NCBI GenBank assembly: GCA_976226885.1
Contig: OZ320316.1
Coordinates: forward strand, 39,618,001-39,682,000
Origin: Iphione sp. A-MEVVRFRX5
Lineage: Eukaryota
Direction of reading: 5' to 3'
Length of the DNA stretch: 64,000 nt
Positions within the stretch are counted from its first letter, which is position 1. Each line of letters starts with the position of its first letter. The notes under the pieces were generated by a model. The model saw nothing but the letters and a program-made list of their open reading frames with translations. It did not search any database and was not told where the DNA came from. This document shows, one piece after another, positions 1 through 13,200 of this stretch. The translations under genes were made by a program, and so were the position numbers.

Positions 1-3000
1 TTGTTCAGCAGCCTGTCTGCGGCTGCTCAAAACCACAGCTATGCAACCAAACCCACCGCAGAATCTTACCACCAGTCATCGACCTGAACTATCACCTCTA
101 ACCTGGTTTCAGGTGACCCGAATTGGTTCAGACTGCCGTCAAAGTCCGTGCTCTTTGAAACAGCCCGCTGTTTTTCATAGGCATACGAGAGGGAAAAAAG
201 TATTCCGTGCCCTATGACTGCTGGGCAATTTCAGTGATGCCTATGTCGGCCATCAGGGCTTTGGTGATTATGATAAACGCAATATTTATGGGCTGGTGCT
301 GCGAGAGGGCTAAAACACGGCGCCCAGCTGCCGACGCCGATAGCCCTGACAATATCACATACTTATACACAACATGGGTGGCGACGAATTTAGAAGGGGG
401 GGGCTACCTTTTTGCATTCGTCGTTGGATTTGTCGGAGACGTTTACGGCGTTATAAACATTGCCGAAGTGCGGTATCAGGGTGGCTATAATGGTAATAAT
501 AGCATCATCCGATGTGGCCTCGGGTGAATCTTGCTGCAATGTGGTCTCAAAAGACAGACCCTTGCCCACTCGACGTCTGTCCCCGGCCCTCGCCCGCTCG
601 CGAATCCTGAGATTTCCACTTGGTGTGGCGTAACTAACCAAGGCGCACACATAATGGGCCTGAGCGAGGGACCGACTCCCTAAATTACCTACAGTTTCTT
701 CTAGTTCAATGAGGATAATTATACCACATGGTTTAGGGCCTAGACTCGTCGCTGCTTTCTCCCGACCACCCAGCCAACTGATCCAAGCTATAGACAGTCG
801 CTTATTAAAGGACAAGCTGGACTAGAGGCGCCGGTGCACGGCGAGAGGCACTGAGGGTGCTACCAGGACACACGCAGGCCAATTCTTTGTGCATGAGAAC
901 TTGAGGCCAGCCTCCCCTTCCTTGAACAGCACTGGTGTGTTATTTTCTACTTGTCTCTCTATTTTCTCCCTTTTCTCAAGAATATTTAAATTTCCATCGA
1001 GACTACACGTGTAACAATACATGGTAGTGTACACCCTTTGAAGAAACAGCACATTTTCACTATTTTCTAACTTAATGTATTTGTCCGTAGGGCTTTGCTT
1101 TGGTATACATGTGCATGTAATTTTCTTCCAACGGTTGCCATGCTCATGTTTGCCATAACGCTGTAAACACATGACGTGGGTATAGTTCTGATAAGCATGG
1201 AGAACTCACATCCTGCACCTCAGTATTCATCAGCATAACGTCCAATCCATCCGGACTACCCCCCCCCCCCCCTCCCCCTAACAGCCTGCCCATCTACCGC
1301 ACACGGACTCCTAGCCGTCCTACACGCATGTAACCCAAACACCCCTCCGCATGCACCTTCACTACCGTGTCAGCATTAGCCCAGTCTGTCTCATCGCTCT
1401 GTGTGCCTCGTGGCTACCTTTTTTTCTCTTACACGCTGCGAATTAATGCAGCCATTCATGCCATTATTTCAGCCGCCGGCCAAGCCCATCTACAGCTCTT
1501 GGCGCCTCGGCGTGGACGAGGATGACAATGGCGCCGCCTCTAGTCAGGGAGCGCTTGGCGGCGCACGGGGCTGGTCAGGGGTACGGCTGGCTGGACCAGG
1601 TAATAACCCAGCTCCGTGCCCGGCATGCCGGCCCCTCGCCGCCGTGGCCAGCCGGGTGCACACAGTCTCCCTCGGCTCATTGTGTGCGACCACCGTCCAC
1701 GGCAAAACAGTCTCAGTGTTTGATTAAAAGTCCGTTTTTAACCCCGCGCTGGATGAAGTGATTATTAAGATGAATGGGAGGTTCCGAGCAAAATGGTGAT
1801 TTTCGCCGCATTTGCATACGTAGACTTGCCGCTTTCGTGTCGGCAAATGTACATCTGAGGCTTACATGATCGCGTGTGATTACTGTAATAAGAGGTATTA
1901 TCATCAATTACCAATTATCCTGAATTAATATAATTGACACAACCACTCTAAAACACTAAATCGACCATGCTTTTAACTTCCCATTATGCCATGCATTAAC
2001 TATAATATTTCTGCACATGCTTTGGGCATATCAGAAAAGGCCAATGAATGGCTGCGAAATCCATCATAGCAAACTCTCAATTTTCACACCCTCTTCTAAG
2101 TGATGGCATGAGATATATGAGACAATGAATGCTAGTCAACAGATATTGGCTGTGCAGCCTGATACTAGGAAAGACTTATGAGAGTTGGGGAACAGGCAAC
2201 CGGTCTATGGTGATCAGCAATTGACGCATTGACTACTGGAGCTTTCATCCTGGGTCAATAAACAACTCCAAGATTGAGACAAGCGCTAAAACGATCCGGC
2301 CAAACTTTAATATATTGTCTAATATTTTCAATAACAGCTCATTTGTAGGATAAACGGACCATTAATCACGTTTATGTTGACACCGGGCATTGTTTCGAGC
2401 AAGAATTACCTACTGATAGAATAATTTGTCATTCCATAAACGAATAAAATAATCTACATGGAAAGGACGTGGGCAATGACTGCTTGACAAATGATGAGGA
2501 CGCCATACTTTGCCGAATATGTTTGATTCAGATGTTTAGAAAAAGTGTACATTCGCCATATTCATATACTACTCAAAGGACGTCCTAAATCGTTTCCAAA
2601 AATATCGATTTTTTCCCACGCTCTCGCACTAGGGAAAGACTTGAATCTGTGCTTCTAATGGGAAGGTTGAAAGCATTTGAGAAATTGTATTTTTCCTCTG
2701 ACTAATGAAATGCCAAGATACTCCTATACTGAAAACTTTAAGGGTGGTGAAAAGTATAAGCAGTGTCGGTACACTTTAGTGAACTCATCGAAAAGCAATA
2801 CGTACGCGTAAGGTCTACAAAATCAGCCAGTGGAGTGGGAGGTAATCATAAAGAGGCCAACCTTTTCTTACTTTCAATTTCGTCAATTTTCATTGCAAAT
2901 AGCGCCGACGAGGAGGAAGAAGTCAGGGCATTGGCGGTTCCATAAGATGGCGCTACAGTCATTCTTGAGGCCATGTTCGATCTTGCATACATTAACACTT

Positions 3001-3494
3001 GGGGCAGCGGCCTTCGTTTCTTCTACCTTTTGTTATAAAAATTACCCTCAAGAAGTGAAAGGGTATTATTTTTCTGTCTGATTAGGTTGCCTGGTGCTGT
3101 CTCCGGCCAAGAGGATGCCACCCCCTTAATGGCGTACACCTGTACACGAACGGCTAATTAAAGGCCCCAAGACGTGCAGGCTAATTAGAAGCAAGGGATG
3201 TCCATTAAATTTTTTCAAATATAATGTGATCCAATCCATTTCATATTCATGCTGGACGTCGCCACTGGGTGCTGACAGCTTCCATCATCTCTCTTCTTCA
3301 AACATCTTGAGGTCAGCTCTGGTACATGGCGATCCCGCTAAATAATCACTGTCTCCATGGTGGTAACGCCACCACCAGTACCAGAGAGTTGCTTGTTGAG
3401 TCATGCTGTATCGAAAGATCTCATTCTGCAAAGATTCAGTATAGGGCTATCAAACCATACGGTGACATTGTTCCCCTTGTTGTGTCTTCTCTAG

Positions 3495-3529
3495 ATATAT
3501 ATATATATATATATACATTATATATATAT
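3495..3529. repeat. Interrupted (AT)n microsatellite
   Basis: About 10 AT units, a short interruption, then more TA units. Confidence 0.85.
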
Positions 3530-6500
3530 CTATAGGCGTATAATTATATGATCATTTATTCACAAGCACATACACCGTATAATAAGTTTTAAACACGAGT
3601 ATTTCCTCTAATGTAACCCAGCAGACCTACTCTTCTGTAGGAGCTATCTTTTGACAGTAGCTACTACATGTACATGGACTTGCTGCGAGACAGAGATGTG
3701 AAATGTAAGAATCACCAAATGAGAAGAGAGGATATACTGTGGGAAAAAGCATTTTCGTAGCATGGGCACTATCAGGTAATTTGTATGGGAACAGAGCTGT
3801 GGCTCGTTCGTGAGACAGAAATAAAAAAAGTGGCTGTCGATTTGACACATTTCAGATGAGGCCGGTCAGATAGCTGTGATTTCCGTTCCATTTTCTCACA
3901 CTGTTTCAAAGCCTTAGGTGGACAGTATGGGACTGATGCATGTTAATTAGGTTCGGGTTGCCGGTACATTTGACTAGCCTCATTAGTCAGGTTCCCTGGA
4001 TGCCCCATATCTTTCTACAACAACAACCACACATTTCAACCCTCACGCTCCTCTTTCTCATGTAAACCCCTTTTTCTTTTTCTGTGAATTACCAAGAAGC
4101 TACACATCTACCGCTAGGCAGCCAGCCTGGCCTTCTTTGCAGGCACTTGAAGCACATGTTGTATTTGTCCACAAACACAATGCCCATTCCTTCCCCTCTG
4201 CGCCCCTTCCCTCCATATCGCGTGTGCAACCCACTCTCTGATCTCTTCTACGTCTCAATGTCTTTTCAATATTTCACTCCCACCACCTCCTCTCTGTCAA
4301 TTTTTTTAAAGGCAGGAAAAAATCCATTCTTGTCAGGCTTCCAGCGATGCATATTTTATGTCCGTCCAAGCAGCGCTAGTCCACGGTTCTAATCTGCTGC
4401 TTCCCCGGACGGGCCATCACCATCAATTCTCCCATGGATTATCTCTCGCGCCCAATCCCATTTCAACATCCCTTCATTTTTTTCGCACCGTGCGTTTTTC
4501 AGCCGCCAACTCCAGATTTAATTTATTCCGACTGGTCACTAGCCGCGTGTGCATATTCAGTCGGACGAAGGAGGTTGTCCATGCCAGGCCTGCCAATGCT
4601 AATTTCTCATAGCTATCTGGTCTCCCTTTCGCTCTCACTCGCTTCTACTTTCCACCCACACCCACCGGATACCCCCAACAATTTCCTCCCACCCACCGCC
4701 CAAGTTCAAGCCGCCCACCCAGCAATCCTTTTCAATACAACAGGCTTCTTTTTCAGAATTTATTCTGGTCAATAATTTACACAAACACCTCGGCGAGGCG
4801 TTTCAATTTTCTGACATCATCAGCCGATTACGTTGGTCCCTAATACCAATACTTGCCAGGCCATCTTCGCCCGCTCTGGCCATCTTCCTGTCTCGAGATG
4901 GCGCCTTTTTAAAATTCATACCCATTAAAGTTTGATGGCGGACTGATGCGAAATCCCCTCTACCCATCTTGGCCATTACCATTAATTCTTATTTCCTTGG
5001 GCACCAACCGCTCTCCATCGCCCACTAATACAGCACTGTCCCCAATCCCTCTCCTGCTCATTTTTTTGTGTTCACTGCTTTTAATTCAATTTTAATTTAT
5101 TTATGCTTGTCCACATTTCCAACATTAGGAGCAGATTCAAACCTTCGGATTTGCATGTCCTGACTCTCTAGAGATAGCCGCAGCGGGGAGGCAGGGCAGG
5201 TTTGCCAAGATATGATAACACTCCATATTATGTCGGTCGAAACCATAGCAACCCGAGCCGGACTTGTATCAAATGAACACTCTTAAGCAATAAATCTCCA
5301 TGGAGTTCGTCGTCTAACAGTCATGTAAAACAGGAGCAGTTTTAAATTTTTCTCAAGGTATTCATTATTTTCCTAATTTTTTTTTACAATGAAGGTGACC
5401 TTATTCTCGTCCATCACTGGGCACCGGCGGTCTTTGTGGTTTTGCGGACTATTTTTTTTATCGAACCAAAAAAGGCTGGTCAATACTTCATGTGCAGATG
5501 TGAACCTTTTTCGAAGTCAGTCAAGCGGAAAGCAGGCCAGGGTTATGCAGTGTGTTATAACGGAGGAAGTCATGGGTGGGGAGGCCTGCGAGAACAAGAT
5601 GGCGGCCTAATGTTTAGTTGCCATCCCTGAGGGTGGTGAACATAATTACTGTGGTTGTAGATATTCCAACGTTAAATGGGCACCTTCGTGCTTCCTCTTT
5701 AGTCCAAAATATCCAATTTACTACTTTGAGCCTTCTCTTTCTGGTCGCAGGCTGCGGCCATCTCAGGCGGACAACCCGAAGGCCAGATACGCCCCTTTTC
5801 AGTCGGAGACTCCATCCAACTCTCGTCCACCCTCGCGTCCCTCCCCGCGTAGAGCGACACTCCACTACCCCTACCCACCACCCCCTCCCTCGTCTCAACC
5901 ACCGCGAGAACCCCCAGCCCTTACTGCCGTATCACCTCTAACCATCCCCCCATTCCTCTTTGGAGCGAACGCCCACGCCAATTACGCAACCTAATGCAAT
6001 AAGTGCAAGCGCGGCGTTCCCGGCATCATGCCATTGATGACCTCGCTTGGCCGGGCCCTGCAAGCGCTGCATCTGCCCCCCTAAACAGCACCCGTTCCTC
6101 CATATCCAACCCCCACCAACCTTCCCACCCACCCTCTTGCTAAGCCGCCTCTGCAGCGGACCCGCCAGCCACTGGCCATTGTCAGTAGTCAAGGCAATTT
6201 AAATTTAATTCGGTTACGTGGCGCTGCACCGGTCTCACCCCGGGCTGTCTGGCGTCCTCAGTGTCCAGCAGCCACGCTGGGCTCCCATAAGGCACCGCGC
6301 TCGGGCACAGCAGCGCCACCGGGCAGTGGCGGTGATTGATGTCACTCGGCGTAACAAGGCTGCGGGGCCGGACACCTTCTAATTTACGTTTATTGTGCGC
6401 CACTATTCGTCCATAATGAGACCGGAGCAAGAACATCCGTACGTTGGAGCCGCACAGAATCAAACTGTCACCCGCCCCCCTCTTGTGCAGCTATGAGTTC

Positions 6501-9500
6501 GCCCAGCAAATAATATTCAATTACAAAAAGAAAGGAAAACAAATTGCACGAAACGACATCACCTCCCCCTTAGTGTTTCGATTCGGTCCACGGACGCCGC
6601 ATGAAGAGAAAGAAAGTTGAATTCTTATTTCATCTTATCCATCCATGGTTGCAGCAAAGCATTGGGCCGGGCGGTGTTTTCATAAGAGTAGACAAACGTC
6701 TGTTATCATCATCCCAATATCACGCACGCATACGAGGGACGAACGTGCCTTTTACACTTCGTCTGAAGAGAAAATGCAACGGCTAACAAATAAGATACAT
6801 GTACATGTACATAGCGTGGCAGTAGGCGATGCAACTTGGATGCGCCTACCCGATGTGTATTATGGTTCGGTTCTCAAAGAACATGGTCTTGCGTTAACTT
6901 AATTTGACTTTAATGAAGATTGTAATCGCGGCGCAATACTTTTTTGATACGCGCTTTTTCATATCTCTTGGTTATTATGTCATTGTTGTCAGTAACAGAT
7001 TCACGCAACAAATATGCATGGTAAACACCTTGTCAACGACTGCTAAGGCATGGAGCCTGCGGTGGCCAAGATTTTCTTAACTGAATCCTTCCAAAACCGA
7101 ACAAAAAATAAGATCTTGTCTTTTTTGAAACCTGCCTTCAAAAAAAGAAGCAAAAACGGCCGCGGCCTGTCCATTATTTATGCCGGTCGGTGCGGCTCTT
7201 TTAGTCAATGAGATAGGACGTCATGGAACGATGCTTCCAATTCGGATTAGCTAAACATTCCATTCAATTCTTCTTAACATCATAAACGTTTTTCCGAAGA
7301 CCTTCTTTCTTCTATATGTTTGATTATTTATGCTGATAACGGTTACAGTTTTATGTAAAAACTCAGAACCGTTTGGATCAAAGAAGAGGTCAAAGGTGGA
7401 GGTATACTTGGTATTGTAGAAATGGTCCTCGACTGCCTTTGCTTCGCTGATGTTTGATCGAATTGTTCAGCGATCAATGAAGGTTCAGCTGAACACGGGA
7501 GGTCATTTCAAGGGAGCAGACAATGGACTTCCTCAAAGATAAGGGTACATATGTAGGTTAGCCCAGCGGGAGCCAAGAGATCCGTGTTTGTAACGTGCTG
7601 CCCAGATTTCGTTTTCAAATCAACCTTGTTGGGGTTAAAGAAGTCAAGGACTAACGTGGGAGAGAAATACTGTGTACAGCTGTGGACATTCTGAATCACA
7701 GTGAAAGCACTAGACTTACCTGTCTCTGAATAACAAATACACACATCTCACAGCACATGTGCCTAGGTTTTGTACTGTAATTTTCTGTGCATAACTATCC
7801 AACCGCAACACTATTTAGCGTGTGTGTATATACATAAATATACAGTGCACATGAAATGTTATACCGGTTACCAGAACATTTTGACTTTGAAACTGTGCTC
7901 CCGTAAATAGGATATATGTAAATTTGATTTATATAAGTAAGAAAGGATTTCATTACATGTAGACATTTACATTTATTCAAAATACATATGTAGGCCTATG
8001 GGCGCGCTTTTGTTTTCTCGAGTTACTTACATGTATTTACTTTTTAATCAGTTCTGCTGTTCTTTTTTGTTACGGAGATGATCTTTTTTTGTTTTAGAAG
8101 AGCAATCGATAAGAGCTAAATCCACAGTGGTGTGGAGTTTAGCGCGAGCTCACGGTTACTTCGACTGACGGCTATAGCGTCGAGATACTGAGCGGGGAAA
8201 GATGCTAGAGAGACTGGGGGTGAGCCTAGAGGAGGTGTCCACAGGTGGCGTGTGATATAGCGAGCACCTGTCTAAACGCCTGGAGGAGACCGGCATCATT
8301 ACACCCAGGAAGACCTGGCGAAAGCCGCCTCCCCATATTTAGCTAATGGTAGTTCACCAGGAGGAGGAACAGGAGACGCCAGGTCCTGAGAATATCACAG
8401 AACTCGTTCACCCAGAGGCAGGACCCAGGAGCGGCCACACTTAGCACTCGGCGGGGGGGGGGGCGCTAGCAAAGGTGGGGCTGTGGACAGAGCCGCCCCT
8501 GCCCTGGAGAAGATCTGCTTTTACCCCACGAGGTGACGACTGGCCCTCCAGAATGCGCCGGAGCCAGCTCATGGTGCTACAAGTGAATGGCTAGAAGGTG
8601 TTTAACTCCTCTGGGGATTGGCGGGAAAATATTTTCTCCAGGGTTACCGTATTAGACATCAGTACGGTAGTCATGGCTGCATGATACACTAATACCTGTC
8701 GGTGTAAAACATATGCCCCATGTTAAGACGTTTTAGAAGCCTGATGTCTTTCTACCATGCTACATTGACCAACTGAATCCACTCTCTTTCCTAAACACGT
8801 TTTTCTTTCTATGCGCTCTACATTGCGATAAGTGAGACTGCTGATGCTATCGGCAACCAAACAGACCGACACAGATTAGCACATCTAAAAATCGCACACT
8901 ACATAAGATCGAGCAATATAAACGCGGTTATAAGCTTAGCAGTTTGTACACAGTTATGATTAGGGCAGCCTGTTTTCACTTTTTCTATTACTTTTTTTTC
9001 GCCGAGCCGACACCAGACCCGACGATCTACGCCTGGCCTGTCATCTCCAAACTTGCAGAATGTAAGACACTGTTGATGACTCGCTTCTGGGAAATGATGG
9101 CTATGTCATGATGCTTTGCGGCGTTCGGTGTCGCTGGCAGCGCTGTGCTCCAAGTCAGATTGAGCGACCAGAGAGCGTCGATCTCTCGATTGAAGAGGGC
9201 GCTGCGATCGAGTATATATTTCCTGTCAACCCTCCCACTCAAAATACCGGATGTAAACGGGAAAAAGATCTGCCAACCTAAACAGTTGTGAATAGGTACC
9301 ACTTATTGTCACTGGTATCAACAAACTTTCAACAGTGGTGCAATGATGACAGAGCTCCAGAGTAAGAGCCTATACTGCATAGGTCAGGGGACAAACAAAT
9401 AAGCTACTACCAGCAAAGTTTCATTTAGAGGATGCTCCACTCGAGACATCCAAACTACGTTGCATGGACATATTTCCATCGACTTTCGTACTAAATATGT

Positions 9501-10166
9501 TTTGATGAACTCCTTAATGGCATGGTGACAGAAATGTAACAGCTGGGATGAAAACAGGAAAAAATAACTGCATAAAGATAACAAAACCTAAATGGAGTTC
9601 TTTGTAATCTCACCGTTACATAATGCATGAAAATGAGTACCTTAATAAGGGTGATTGTCAAAGTTTGGCTGCAGTGGGAAGTCAAATCTGGCACTGCTTT
9701 ACCGCTACATCTATCATTCGACAGGAAACCGGAGTGGTGGCAAATGAATTTATCAAATCACTGTAGAGACAGCGCACGAGCAGTAATGGCCAACCTTCCA
9801 AAAAGTAACTAAAATCCAATTTAGCCACTTTGAGCCTGGCTGGTTCTGATGGACTCTCACGTTTCTGCTATCTCACAAATTCAGCGGCAGTGGAGAGTGA
9901 ATGCGCTGAATAATTTCGAGCTGGTTAAAGCTAAAAAGGCAGCCAATCAGACAAATGTATTTGGCGCTTGCCCAACGGATGATAGTCCGATGGGGGTTTG
10001 CTACGGATTCCATGACTCCTCATTTGCCCAACTCTCAATATCATTAAACCACGACTAGGGTGCGAAAAGAAACGGTCTAATGCCTTCAGAAATCCCATCC
10101 TGAGCTTTTCTGAGATGGAGTGCGTAAAAAAAAGCTTGCACTAGCGCCTTGTATTAGCGTCCAGTG

Positions 10167-10202
10167 ATCACGTGATACAATGTCCGCGAGCAGTGACGTC
10201 AC
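10167..10202. promoter_or_regulatory. Candidate regulatory element: palindromic E-box (ATCACGTGAT) and CRE (GTGACGTCAC)
   Basis: Two perfect 10-bp palindromes 16 nt apart, followed by a (GCT/GTT/GCG)n tract at about 10290-10335; no linked gene identified. Confidence 0.3.
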
Positions 10203-13200
10203 GTTTGAGGGAAATATGAGAGCGGATTAATGAGCTACTCTGAACAGAACCAGTTTTAATGAACGAGACGGGTGAACTGCTCCAGCCATCGTTGCTGTTG
10301 TTGCTGCTGCTGCGGCAGCGGTGACGGCGGCTGGTGACAGAGAGTAAAAACGGACAGGAAGAAATTCTAAGTTTGCCTCGTGTGCATCTGGCAGCTGCGG
10401 TGATATCAAAACAACTACATGTATCTCGCCTTATGTGGTTGCGTATGCATCGCGGAAAAACACTATCCTTTCAACTGTTTTTCATCCGACTGACCGTACA
10501 TCGATCGGTGAATTTTGTCTCCCATTTATTATCGCCTTTGTTTCATCTATACGTGTTGAGGGCGACCCCGCGCCGGCGATCACGTGTTCTTCTTATACAG
10601 AAGTATGAAAAGGAAATAGTGCACTCGGCATCATTTCAAATGGAAGATGTTCATCTGATGGGGCCTTTGAACTGGGCATGTCTTGAAAGACATCATGTGG
10701 CCATGTTCGTGCCGTGTTTTCATTTGTCGTCGAGTAAGAAAAAAAGCAAACTACAGAGGGCCCCCTGTCCTTGAACGTTAATGTTTTGCGCTCGTACTTT
10801 TTTCTTGGCGTTCACAACTTTCCGGCCCTTGTTTCTGGAAGCATGCGCCCTAAGATGCAATGCCATCATTGGATTGCCGACGTGGGTTGGCTGGAAGGAC
10901 ATGATGGCGACTACCAGCAAAAATAACAGGTAGAAATGACGTTTCGCTGGCTTCAAGTAGAAGGTTGACACCGAGGGGCTACGAAAGGAGAGGAAAGGTT
11001 AAACGAGTATGTCTGAAATACTGAAATGCACCAAGTTAACACAATCTTCACATTTGGTATGCAGCATAAAATGATTTCTATGACTCTACATTAACATTTC
11101 AGACCATAAAGCTGATATCTTGAATAGCCAGAAGTAATCAATGGTCGTCAAAACGATCAACTGAACATTAATATCAGTTCATAATTACGAGGAAACCCAT
11201 ATCTCCTTATTCATCACATTCGTAGCTGAGGAAAATGTGTTGGTGAGGCGGTCAGCAATGAATACGGGGGAGCCATTGACTTTTGCGGACAGCTCTAGGA
11301 CAAAATGTGTTATCAGCATCATTTGAACATATCATGACAAGGTGTCGTCACCAGAACCAGGCACTGATGCTATCACAACGTGGGCGGGGTCAAGTTTGCC
11401 TGGCAGCTGTAGGCCCAACACAGTCATGTACCTAGCAACATACCTGCCTGTCACTCGCCTCCTTGTAGCATCGTAGTTAACTTCTCGCTCTGTACCTCGC
11501 TCCATCGTTCTCACTCTTCCCTTTCCTACCTGAATTTTGTGAAGCGTCCTTATTATAATGTTTATATCTCCCTCTCGAGATCTCTCTTTCTTGCACACAC
11601 ATTATCAGTTTTTCTCCCTCGGTTCATCATTGCATAAGTTGCTTATCTGTCAGCTTGGGACTCTCCTTCAACTAGGTCATTTCTCATTTTTTTCTCAGAA
11701 TGTGCCCTGGTAAACTCACTAATCCCCTCCAGGGCGCACCGTACACCCCAGAGACAGTTATAAATCAGCAGCATTAGTGGTAAGGACGCCCGAGTGAAAC
11801 CTGCTGGTCAGCGCCAGCTCATATTGCGAGGTAAAAGCTATCGTGAAAAAGCTAAGTTTACTGGAAAGAATTCGTTAAGTGTAAGATAAGCTTGCGCATT
11901 GGCATAGTTGCCCTTCCTTTGTGGTAAAGCGTTGGAATGTGGGCGAGAGGAAAAAACTTTACACGTGCATGTGCATGTATACGTATACACACCGTACAGT
12001 ATGTACAGGGGAGAAGAATTAGAAGGCATGCAAGCAGAATGCAAACGTTAGCTCATCAAAGCTTGCTGAGGGGGGAAGGTTGGTCCAGTCCGCTAACACG
12101 TAGAAGGGGTAGGCGTGTGAGGGTGTGATGGAGGACGGTGTTGTAGTGAAGGTTGGGGGTGACGAGACAAGAGATCGATCCATTCTCTGGGTGCATCGTT
12201 TTCTAGGCCGTGAGGAGCGCTGGCTGCCGATCGATTCACGGCTTTGTTACGGGATGTCCGCCGTTAGGCCTCAATTTCCAGCCGACTAACGCTGCCGGGA
12301 ATAGACGACTCCATCCCCCCAACCTCCTGCTCCCACCACTCTCTCCTCTCAACCAACCGACGTTTCTCCGGTATACATGTACATGTGCATGAGAGAGGTA
12401 GGAGTAGGCGCACCTCGTAGAGTCATGATGATTGTTATGTCAGTCACCAATTAGATCGCTGACCCTCCCCTGGGGCGTCTAGACGTATCAGTGAAAGGCA
12501 GCAGACATTTATCCCAAATTCACATTCTTAACTGATGGCACACAGTCGTAACTCCTCTCCATACTGCTGTGCTGGCGGCTCTGTATTATGAGAGATGGTG
12601 TTTCTCATACAAAGTACTGTTATTTCTGTTTTTGACGTGTTCATATTAAAATTATTTAGATGTGCTGTCACTTAAAAGACCGGACCCCCCACTCGTCGCA
12701 GGTTGCCCTGGGAATAGGCCAGGTTGACCTAGTATTGCTACACCTCAACGATATGAATCTATATGCACCTGGACGGACATGTATCCCAAATCGTGTTGTT
12801 TCATCTGTTTGCTATCAGCGGGCCATTCATCTCCAATATCTGACACGTTGGATGTGCTCGGCTGCCACAACATGAGCGGCTCACCCCGCCGACGGAGGCG
12901 CTCCCTATCAATGCATCCAGGTTCGGGCCGTCGGGCGGTCCTGGGGCCGCGCGCCAGACGAGTGTCGTGGCCATTAAATAACCATATATTCGCCCCTGAA
13001 ACACAGCCCCCACACATAACATCACAACACGACAGGGGTTCCCCAACCATTGATCGAGCAGCAGGCCCTTTTTTCCTAGGCTTAAGGTGGGCTGGCCATT
13101 TGATGTTCAAAGGGCGGAGGAGAAGGAGGAGGTGGAAGAGGCGGAGGACATGGCCGAAGGCATCGATAAATCACATGGGTGTCTTCCGTCTTGGTAGGTA

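Noticed and set aside
10720-10971. 83-aa minus ORF with a hydrophobic stretch and basic residues resembling a secreted precursor
   Set aside because: Starts at GTG rather than ATG, is short, and has no family resemblance.
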